Positions 36,037 to 45,600 of a stretch of 64,000 nt of DNA are shown here, piece by piece. Position numbers and translations under genes: made by a program. A model generated the notes under the pieces. It was given only the letters and a program-made list of their open reading frames with translations. It searched no databases and was not told the origin of the DNA. The stretch's first letter is position 1, and every line of letters begins with the position of its first letter. The DNA comes from Bradymonadia bacterium (GTDB lineage: Bacteria; Myxococcota_A; Bradymonadia; UBA7976; UBA1532): NCBI GenBank assembly GCA_046290225.1, contig JBKAGE010000036.1, positions 256,001 through 320,000 of the forward strand, read 5' to 3'.

Positions 36037-37692
36037 TCAGGGCTCTGGCGGTGGCTCCGGCACGCAGATCTGACTGCCCTGCTCCTGCTCACAGCTGTAG
36101 CCTGAGGGGCAGTCGAGATCGTTGCGGCAGAACAGAGAGCAGTACGCCTCATCGGGATCATCCCCTGGCTCTACACAGGTGAGGGTCGGGCACTGATCCC
36201 CGATGAGCTCTGCCGCCTGCGCCGCGCATCGATAGCCAGAAGCAGCCATGCAAATGCCCGGTCGCCCGGCGTCACCGCTCAGCTCGGGGGCAAAGAAGCA
36301 CCCATAACCATCAGGGCAATCGGCAGCACTGGCGCACGTACATGAGCAATATCCGTTCTGGCCCTGCCCCAGGGCATTCGGCACGTTGATGCACAGGTAC
36401 ACATCGAGGGGGTCACGGTTCACCGGGACCTGACACAAGCCAGAGCCGAGGCAGAAATCCCGGAAGCCTCCCTGGCACTGCACCATCCGCCGTACATCTG
36501 GAGCACAGGCCCGCACAGGGCCCTGATCACTCTGGATGACCTCGCAGCTGAAGCCTGCAGGGCAACGGCGATCGTTCTCGCACCGGCTGGCACACACCGC
36601 CTGGATCGTCATCCACGGCACATTGGGATCTGGAGGCGTGAGACAAAGCCCCTCGACACATCCACCGGCGTCGACACAGGGCACCCCCGTCTCGTTCCGG
36701 AAGCACACCCCCTGGCCACCTTCGGCGTTGAGGCACACATCGATGCCTGGGCAGTCGTCTGCAGAGGCACACAGCTGAGTGCACACCCCACCAGCCCGGT
36801 CAGGATCATCGACACACAGCTCGCTCTCACACTGAGCCGCCGCGTCGCAGGGCTCGCCATACCCCAAGCGAGGCGGCGCAGCGTCGGGGATCTCCATATC
36901 GGGTACCTCTGCATCAGGCACCTCTGCATCGGGTACCTCTGCATCCGGTGTCTCTGCATCGGGTACCTCTGCATCGGGTACCTCTGCATCCGGAATCTCC
37001 GCATCGGGCACCTCAACATCAGGCAACTCAGCATCAGGTACGGCTGAATCAGGCATCTCCGCGTCGGGGAGGCCAGCATCTGGCACCTCAGCGTCCATCA
37101 CCCCGGCATCTGCCAGCTGAGCGTCGGGCACCTCTGCATCGGGCAGCTCAGGACACGCCAGTCGTCGAGGCACGCACTGGCTCGAGCCCTCGTCGAGCAC
37201 GTCGCGGCACTCGTAATCTTCAGGACAGCCAGCATCACTTGTGCAATCGAGGCCACACACCTCAGAGCCACCGAGGGTGTAGCACGCCCCATTCGGGCAG
37301 CCCTCATCAGATGAACAGGGTGTGCACAATGCATGGTCGACCGGCCCCTCGGGCGGGAAACAAATCGACACCGCATCAGCGCCCGTATTCTGGACCACGC
37401 GACAGGACCAGTCATCGGGACATCCCTCGTCGAGACAGAGCACAGTGCACAGCCGCCGTGCCCCTGCCTCGACACACCATCCACTCTCACAATCGATGTT
37501 GTCTTCACAGGGCGCCATGAAGCCCCCCAGAGCCCCACCATCAGGCACAGCGGCATCTCGGGTTGGCGTGATCAGGCCCTGATCTCGCTCCGGACCCGGC
37601 TGCCGGGCATCTGGCCCGGTCGATGGCGCAGCGGCGTCAGAGCATCCCCACACAGACGCCAACAGCAGACATAGAGTAATTTTAGAAGACAT
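36037..37692 (-). CDS. Cys-rich secreted lipoprotein with acidic PDAEV linker
   Basis: MSSKITL...VWGC lipobox; many C..D.(D/G)CP.G..C modules; 18 pentapeptide repeats. Confidence 0.8.
   Translation of the reverse strand: MSSKITLCLLLASVWGCSDAAAPSTGPDARQPGPERDQGLITPTRDAAVPDGGALGGFMAPCEDNIDCESGWCVEAGARRLCTVLCLDEGCPDDWSCRVVQNTGADAVSICFPPEGPVDHALCTPCSSDEGCPNGACYTLGGSEVCGLDCTSDAGCPEDYECRDVLDEGSSQCVPRRLACPELPDAEVPDAQLADAGVMDAEVPDAGLPDAEMPDSAVPDAELPDVEVPDAEIPDAEVPDAEVPDAETPDAEVPDAEVPDAEVPDMEIPDAAPPRLGYGEPCDAAAQCESELCVDDPDRAGGVCTQLCASADDCPGIDVCLNAEGGQGVCFRNETGVPCVDAGGCVEGLCLTPPDPNVPWMTIQAVCASRCENDRRCPAGFSCEVIQSDQGPVRACAPDVRRMVQCQGGFRDFCLGSGLCQVPVNRDPLDVYLCINVPNALGQGQNGYCSCTCASAADCPDGYGCFFAPELSGDAGRPGICMAASGYRCAAQAAELIGDQCPTLTCVEPGDDPDEAYCSLFCRNDLDCPSGYSCEQEQGSQICVPEPPPEP
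36874..37143 (-). repeat. 18 x 15-bp coding tandem repeat (PDAEV-like)
   Basis: Plus-strand unit GGGTACCTCTGCATC with variants. Confidence 0.9.
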
Positions 37693-38221
37693 AACGAGGC
37701 GCCCCCTCGGCGAATCGACCACCGAGCGCCCTGCACAGAGACTCCAGAGCCGTCTGATCCGCAGCGGTGAAGGCCGCGGGATGATCGCTGTCAAGATCCA
37801 GCACCCCGAGCAACTCGTCCTCAGGTGTCAGAATGGGGATCACGAGCTCGGAGACAGTGCTCGACGAGCACGCGATGTGTCCGGGGAATGTATGGACATC
37901 ATCGAGACGGATGGTCTTGCGCTCTCTCGCCGCAGCGCCACACACCCCGCGCTCAAAGGCGATGCGCAAACAGCCATGGCTGCCCTGATACGGGCCCACG
38001 ATCAACTCGGGATGTCCGTGCGGATGCACTCGATACACCCCAGTCCAGTGAAAGTACTCGAAGGCGTGATGGAGCTCGCAGACCACCGTACACAGTGCTG
38101 AGATCCAATCGTCCTCGCCATCGAGGAGGGCGTTCAGACTCTCACTGACCTCCTGGTGACGTTGAAGACGTTCGGACTCAGGGGCAGTGACGGGTAGGGG
38201 TCGAGGGTGGGTGTGGTTCAT
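37682..38221 (-). CDS. msrC: GAF-domain free methionine-R-sulfoxide reductase
   Basis: WTGVY, GPYQG..GCLRI...GVCG, DVH.FPGHIAC...SELVIP, GVLDLDS. Confidence 0.85.
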   Translation of the reverse strand: MNHTHPRPLPVTAPESERLQRHQEVSESLNALLDGEDDWISALCTVVCELHHAFEYFHWTGVYRVHPHGHPELIVGPYQGSHGCLRIAFERGVCGAAARERKTIRLDDVHTFPGHIACSSSTVSELVIPILTPEDELLGVLDLDSDHPAAFTAADQTALESLCRALGGRFAEGAPRYVF

Positions 38222-38759
38222 CAGCAGCGCTCTGTATGTGTGTTTCGCCAGAGCATACCCCCAAATCGGGATCGATCACCTCATCCTCGAACAGGGCCCC
38301 GATACACCCTCTCAGCTCGTCCATTTGTCCGTGCCCCAGACGCTGGCCGACACGACTGCCGTAGTAGAGCCCTCCAGCCCCGAGGCAGGCCCCAGGCACC
38401 CCCCAGAATGCCCATGCTGACTGGCCGAGGGTGATTTGAGCGAGCCCCCAGCATGCCCCCATGATGGCCACGAAGGCCATGAGGGCATATGCACTCATGA
38501 AGAGGGTCCAGATGTTGGGGTGTGGGGCAAATCGGCCATACAGTCGGGTGCCCCCCGATGCGTGGGGGACAGCCTTCATGGAGAGCCAGGGTGACCAGAC
38601 ATGACGCCGGGCCTCGGGCACCAGCACATCCACTTGACTCGCCGTGGTCATGATGCCACAGGCACAGGCAGGATCAGAGGACCAGCGGCGGATCCGCTCG
38701 ATGGCCTCTTCTTGCTCCAGAGATACCGTCAGCTCAAAGGCAGGCCGCAGAGTGAGCAT
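38178..38759 (-). CDS. Hypothetical membrane protein (2 TM)
   Basis: RRHVWSPWL, GRFAPHPNIWTLF followed by a TM hairpin. Confidence 0.6.
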   Translation of the reverse strand: MLTLRPAFELTVSLEQEEAIERIRRWSSDPACACGIMTTASQVDVLVPEARRHVWSPWLSMKAVPHASGGTRLYGRFAPHPNIWTLFMSAYALMAFVAIMGACWGLAQITLGQSAWAFWGVPGACLGAGGLYYGSRVGQRLGHGQMDELRGCIGALFEDEVIDPDLGVCSGETHIQSAADEPHPPSTPTRHCP

Positions 38760-38801
38760 GGCAGATCTCCAAGGGACGCGAACACACCTTCACACCAGCA
38801 T

Positions 38802-38813
38802 ACATGTACATGT
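38802..38813. promoter_or_regulatory. Perfect 12-bp palindrome ACATGTACATGT in a divergent intergenic region
   Basis: AT-rich palindrome between starts at 38759(-) and 38852(+). Confidence 0.4.
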
Positions 38814-38851
38814 TGACCACCCGTGATTCACAAAATCAAACAGGATGACAG

Positions 38852-39589
38852 ATGAGCCGCATCATCGTCTTCGGCGCCACGTCCAAAATCGCCACCGAGG
38901 CCATCGAGCGATGGGCCAGCAGAGGTGATCAACTCTACCTCGTGGGCCGAAACCCCGAAAAACTGCAGTCCCTCGTGGCTCGCCTGCCAGACCATACTGT
39001 GGCTGGCTCTCAGGCGGTCGACCTCGCCACGGCAGATGGCGCCGCTCTCGTCGCTGAAGGCATCGATGCCCTCGGTGGCCTCGACGTTGCCCTCATCGCC
39101 CACGGGCTCTTGAGCGATCAGATCTCCACCGAGCATGATCTCGACGCGGCTCGACACTGCTTCGAAGTCAACCTGCTCAGCGTCGTGGCGTTGTTGATTC
39201 CCCTGGCCAATCATTTCGAGACTCAGAGCTCCGGCCGACTCGCCGTCATCACTTCGGTGGCTGCAGAGCGTGGTCGGCCACGCAACTACACATATGGCGC
39301 AGCAAAGGCTGCCCTCAACACCTACCTGCAGGGTCTCCGAACCCGCCTGTACCCGCACGTCCACATCATCACTTTGAAGGTGGGGCCCACGGATACCCCC
39401 ATGACTGAAGATCACAGCAAACACCCCCTCTTCGCAGAGGCCCACACAGTGGGTGAAGGCATCGTCAAGGCGGTGGATGCGGGGGCCCCGGTGGCATGGC
39501 TGCCAGGTTACTGGCGCCCGCTGATGGGGGTGATTCGGAGATTGCCGGAGTCGGTGTTCTCGAGGGTGGGGTTTCTCGGCGGGCGCTGA
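38852..39589 (+). CDS. Short-chain dehydrogenase/reductase (DprE2-like subgroup)
   Basis: FGATSKIA, ITSVAAERGR..NYTYGAAK (YxxxK), GPTDTPMT. Confidence 0.9.
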   Translation: MSRIIVFGATSKIATEAIERWASRGDQLYLVGRNPEKLQSLVARLPDHTVAGSQAVDLATADGAALVAEGIDALGGLDVALIAHGLLSDQISTEHDLDAARHCFEVNLLSVVALLIPLANHFETQSSGRLAVITSVAAERGRPRNYTYGAAKAALNTYLQGLRTRLYPHVHIITLKVGPTDTPMTEDHSKHPLFAEAHTVGEGIVKAVDAGAPVAWLPGYWRPLMGVIRRLPESVFSRVGFLGGR

Positions 39590-39610
39590 TCGCTCAGGAG
39601 AAGCGAGCGA

Positions 39611-42600
39611 TCAGTCCGAGCCGCCGGGGTTGGGGTTCTCGGGATCGAGATCGTCGTCGGGGCAGAACTCGGGGCGTTCGTACTCCTGGTTCACAGCAGG
39701 ATACCGGGGCACGAGACACTTGTTGTAGCCCCGAATGGCGAGACAACGGATGTCGCGACTGCGGAAGTAGTCCAGGGCACCGATGACGTTGCCATCGTTG
39801 ACGAGCTCCATGCCCGCGGTCCGGGCCACAGAGACCTCTTGCACGTAGGGGTTGTTGAGACCACATACGTACTGCATGCGCATCTCGGACAGCTCGGTCC
39901 GGAACTTCACCGCCTCGATCATGCAGGCCTGCCAGGTCCGCACATAGGTGCCGTCGTTGTAGGCCTCCACCATGGAGTTGGCGAGGTCCATCAAGTTGAG
40001 CAGCAACGAGAGAGCGTCGCGATCGCTGAGGCATGCAGCATCAGCACATTCGCCGATGTCGATGCGGTTGCTCAGCAGCCGCTGAATGTCGCGGAGCTGA
40101 CCGAGGGCGTCGATGGCCTGAGCCCGACCTGGAGCGCTGTTGCCCAGATCGATGTAGGACTGAATCTCGGAAGCGAGGCGAGACATGGCCTGGCCCAGCT
40201 GGTTGTTCACCGGGTTGGACTCGATGGCCCGGTCGAGGAGGTCTTCGATGTCCGGCATAGCGAAGCCGTTGTACTCCGGCGCCTTACAGGGGTCGATGGC
40301 ATCACGCAGGTAGAAGTACGCCTCGTAGGTTGCCCGGAAGAGATCGCTGGCCTGGAAGGCGAGCAGACCGCCACGCACATTGGGCATGAAGTCGGGATCG
40401 TCGAAGATCTCGCGGCTCGAGGCGATGAAGTCCCCTGCTCGAAGCATGCTGGGATGATCGTCAGCGGCGAGAGGTGCACCACCATTCGCCGGATCGAGGA
40501 TCTCGCTCTGCATGGCCTCGACGCTCCTGAGGAGCGCCCGTGAGAGCACCCAGAGGCTGTCGCCGAGATCGGCACCCACACCCTGAGCACCCACCATGAG
40601 ACCCATGACGCGGCTCAGCGACTCGAAGGTGTTGCCTCGCAGGTCGTTCTGCTCCGCCCAGATGCCCTTGTTCAGCCATGCGACGGCATCGACGAGCAGA
40701 GCGTTGATGACCGGACCCTGATCCACGGCCTCGAGGACTTCCTGCACGTAGAGCATGGACTCGAGCAAGGTCATGGGTCGCACCACGACGTCGAAGGTGT
40801 GGTCCACCACAGAGTCGATGTCGCGGATCTGGACCGTCACCGTGTAGGTGCCCGCATCGCGCCAGGCGTGGCTGGTCGCGATGAGCTCGGGGCCAGAGTC
40901 GATGGGTGAGCCGTCACCCCAATCCCAGCGATACTCCAAAATCGGATCATCAGGTGAGCCCTGGAAGGCTTCCACCTCGAAGGGCCACTCGCGAATCTCG
41001 AAGGCGTCTACAGGGGCCTCGACACCGGCGATGACCGGCCCCACGTCGATGATGGCCACCGGGACCACCACCGTCGTGGAGTTGTCTTCGTCACTGACGG
41101 TGAGCAGCACGTTGTAGTTACGCTGCTGCAAGTAGCGGTGAGACACCTGGAGCAGCTCCAGACCACCACTCACAGTCTCGCCATCGCCGAAGTCCCACTC
41201 CACCGCGGTGAGCGGATCAGCCTGGGGGTTCGTGGAGAAGGAGCCAGTGGCGTCGAACTCCACAGGCAAGCCCTGGCTGGTCTCGTACGGGCCACCAGGC
41301 ACTGCCACAGGGGAAATGTCGTTGACCAGCACATCTACATTGGTCGTGGTCGTGGCGCCCTGACCATCGGTCACCCGCATGGTGCCGGTGATCATGCCGT
41401 TGTCCATGGGGGTGAAGCTGACGACCTCACCCAACAACTCATAGACCCCGTCGTTGTCCATGTCCCACTCAATGGAGGCGATGAAGTCCTCTTCCTCGGG
41501 GGCAGAGGAGTTCCCACCGTTGAGGGTGATCTCCTCACCCTCAAGGCCCAGGTAGGGGCCGCCGGGATCCGCCACAGGCGGGGCGTTGACGGTGAAGTTG
41601 CGCACAACGTTGTTGTCGCGACCCTGGCAATCAGAGACCGCGAGGTTGAGGGCGTAGCGCCCCTCAGCCTGAATCAAGGTGTTCTCGGCGTAGGGCGCAG
41701 CAGGGCCACCGTTGCGAGAGAGGGTGGACACCACACCGGTGCTGCACTGGGCAGGACCGATGAGATCCCAGTTGAGGCGGGCGTTGCTCACCACTGCGTT
41801 CTCTTCGGCGCCGGCGATCGTCACGTCGACCAGCTCGGCCACCAGGTAAGAGCGCGTGACCACCGTCTCATTGCCACAGGCATCTACGGCGGTGACGGTC
41901 ATGGTCCGGCCACAGGCATCGGCCACCTCTTCGCTCTGCAGCTGAGGCGCAGGATCGATGTCGTCGATGGCGTTGACCTGGGCGTCGGGGATCTCGTTGG
42001 CGTCGTAGCAGGCACCCTCGACGAGGAGGGCGTTCAACTGAACCTCGGGACCTTCACGATCGAAGATGACGTTACCGCCAGAGCCGATGGTGTGCTCCTC
42101 CTCCTCATCGTCGAGGACCACGAGGCGCAGCCCCGAAAGGCCATCGTCGAGGCCGGAGATGTCGATGGGCAGGGTGCCCTGCACGTCGTCGCCCGGCTGG
42201 GGCAGGTTCAGGTTGATGGGGCCACCCACCTGAGTGTCGCCGATGAAGGCGGTGACGACCACAGCGCCACCACCAGGCTGGCGGAGCACGAACTCCACGT
42301 TGGCCAGATCTTCGGTCACACAATCATCGGCACGGGGGGTGATGATCTCGCCGGTGGGCGGGATCTTGGAGCGCACCCGAATCTCGGTCTCCACCACCTC
42401 GGACCACTCGCCGAAGGCGTCGCGGGCCTTGAGACCCACGACCTGGGTGGTACCGACCTCCCAGGTCGGGTTGATGTAGTCGCGGACCACGTCACCGATG
42501 TAGTCGGTGCCTACGAGGCTGCCGGCACCATCAACATCTTCGCTGCCGTAGAGGCCATCACCGTCGGTGTCCCACCAGTAATCCTGGATGGCGTCACAGG

Positions 42601-45600
42601 GGGCGTTGGCATCCGTGGAGGCACGGCCGTCGAGGTTGACGCCGACGAAGTTGCCGTTGAAGAGGCCCGTAACGTAGGGGCCACCGGCATCAGCGGTGGG
42701 CCGCAGGTTGGCGATGTTCACGTTCACCGTGACGGTGTCGTACGCCACCCGGTCGAAGCCATCAGTGACCCGCAGGCGCGCCTCGAGACGATCTCGGGCG
42801 ACGACGGGCTGGAACACGTCGGCGCCGTTGCGCTCGAAGATGCCGTCGCCGTCCATGTCCCAGGCGTACTCCACAATCTCGAAGAGTCCACCATCGGGGC
42901 CGTCGTGGGTGCTGGCGCCGCCATCGAACTCGACGCGCTCGTTACACACGGCCACAGCCTGAGAGGCGCGGGCCACGGCGGTGGGCGGTGCCACGAGCCA
43001 CACCACCGCCTCATCGGTGGCGGTGCGGCCGAAGCGGTCACGCACCTCGAGGGTGATGATGTGGGTGTCGGCCCCCACCATCCCGAAGGTGGCAAGCTGA
43101 GCCGAGGTCAGCAGAGGCGTAGCGCCTATGGCGTCGAAGGTGCCGTCGTTGTTGAGATCCCAACGGTAGGACACGATGGCGTCACCGCAAGCAGCGTTGG
43201 GCTCCACCGAGGCGGTGCCGTCGAGGCGCAGATCGGCGCCCACGGGGATGGCGTACTGGCTGCCAGCGTTTGCTGCCGGTGCGCTGTTGCCCTCGGTGAT
43301 CTCCATGTTGACGGTGGTGCGGCCCACATGGCCGCGGCTGTCTTCGACCTCGAGGCCCACCGAGAGAGGCGGCCCGAAGGTGAACTGCTGGAACCGGTAG
43401 TTCACCGACTCCCCTTCGCCCTCGTCGTACAGACCATCGCCGTTGAAGTCCCAGCGCCACGCCACCACGTTGATCCCCGGATGGGAGTGCGTGGAGTTTG
43501 CAGCGTCGAAGGTCACCTGACCGCCACAGGCTGTGGGGTTCGGGTTGGCAGTGGCGTGGGCCTCGGGATCACGTGGGTGCACCGTGAGCGGCGCATCGCC
43601 TTCGTTGGTCAGCCCCTGCAGATCTTCCACCTCGAGGGTGATCGTGTACTCACCGATGGTGTCGAGGCCCAACTCCGCGAGGCGCTGAGGGGTCACCTCG
43701 GTCACAGCGAGATCGCCACGGCCGTCACCCTCGATGCGGACGACGTCGAAGTTGCCGTCGCCGTCGAGATCCCAGCGGAAGGCCACGATGCGATCGCCGA
43801 CATCGGGATCAAAAGAGTCGGAGCCGTCGAGGGTGATGCCCTCGCCGACGAGGATGTGATAGCCCACCCCACCCTCAGCACCAGGATCCCGTGGATCGGG
43901 ATCGACGGTGGGTGGCGTCGGCGGCACGCTGATGTGTACCTGGGCCCGGTAGATGGGGCTGTTCACCCGGCCCACCGAGTCGGTCACGCGCAGGCCCACG
44001 AAGAGCTCAGGCTCGTCGCCGCGATCAGGCAGCGGGAACAGCACCCGGCTGAAGTTCACCACAGGGCGGTTCTGCGTCTCGAAGACGCCGTCGTCGTCGA
44101 GGTCCCAGTCGTAGCGCGCGATGGTGACCCCAGGCACAGGCGAGTAGCTGTCGCGGGCGTCGAGGGTGGCCTCGATGAGGCCATTGTCCACCCGCACCGG
44201 AGCGGGGTTGGGACGCTGCTCCCAGGTGGCGATGGGCCGGGCGCGGAAGATGCGGATGCCCGCCTCCACCTCGGCAGTGGCACCGAGGCTGTCGGTGACG
44301 CGCAAGGTGATGGTGTTCGTCGGCAGGCCAGTGTCGCGATCAGCGGGCCAGTTCATCTGGCTCAGACGGGCCCAGGGCACCTCGGGCTGCACGCCGGCAA
44401 TGTCAGAAGGTGTGCCGTACGTGCCGTCGCCATCGAGATCCCACTCGTAGAGGACGATGCTGTCACCACAGCGGCCATCGGGATCGCTGGAGCCCGAAGC
44501 GTCGAGCACGAGGGGGTCACCCTCAGCGACGTTGTAGATGGCCTGAGAGGTACGCGCCACGGGGGGCAGGTTGCCCTCGGTGACGTTCACGGTGAAGGGC
44601 ACGTTGTCGGTGCGACCACGATCATCCGTCACCGTGAGGGTGCCGTTGAAGGTGCCAAAGGACGGGTAGGTGTAGGTGAACTGAGGGCTGGCGCCGCCGC
44701 CGTCCACACCAGGGTTGCCGTCCACGTCCCAGGCATAGTTCACGATGTCGCGCTGAGGGTTGGGGTGCACGCTCTGAGAGCCGTCGAAGCGCACTGGCTG
44801 ACGACACGCCGCAGGCTGCGGGTTCACTCGAGCCACGGCCTCAGGCTCGGCAGAGAAGATGGTCAGCGTGGTCTCGTCGGTGTCGACGAGACCCGTGGAG
44901 TCTTCCACGCGGATGGTGATGGGGATCTCCACACCACCAGGCAGGCCATTGAGCTGGATGGCGGGGATGAGCCCCGAGGCAAACGCTGCATCATCGAAGA
45001 TGCCATCGTTGTCGAAGTCCCAGCCCACCGTCAGCACATCGCCACAGCTCTGGTTCGGATCAGAGACCTGACCATCGAGGATCAGCGGATCGCCGTCATC
45101 GAGGAAGTACGGACCACCCGCGACCACACCTGGGGGTGCGTTCGGCGCGCGGTCGACGATGACCCGGGTGACAGAGAGGGCGTCGAAGGGCTCGCCGGCG
45201 CCGAGATCGTTCTCTACGACGCGCAGCGTGACGTTGTAGCTGCCTGCGGCCAGGTATGTGTGCTGAATGCCCTGCTGGCGATCCCCCGAGACATAGTCTG
45301 GGGGTGCACCCGTCTCCCACCAGAGGCCATCACTGTCGTCCACATCCCACTGGAAGAACTCGATGAAGGCGTCGCGGTTGGGGTGGAATGAGTCGCTGTG
45401 GTCGAGCGTCACCACACCAGCACCGCCGCCGGCGCAGCCCTCGATGACCCGTGAAGGCAGAGCCTGGGCGATGGCGATGGGCTTCGGGCGGAAGATGGTC
45501 GGCGTGAGCACGAGAGAGCCCCACGCCGTACTCATCATGCCTGCGGAGTAACGACACACGATGGAAGCGTGAGGGATGTTCTCGCAGCGATCGTTGATGC

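Noticed and set aside
36874..37143. CRISPR array
   Set aside because: 15-bp in-frame tandem units without spacers; no cas genes
41138..45391. 1417-aa plus-strand ORF and other long antisense ORFs (3939-5837, 22707-24599, 45569-47467, 60941-62821 etc.)
   Set aside because: They are shadows of GC3-biased genes on the opposite strand; His/Gly/Val-rich with no motifs
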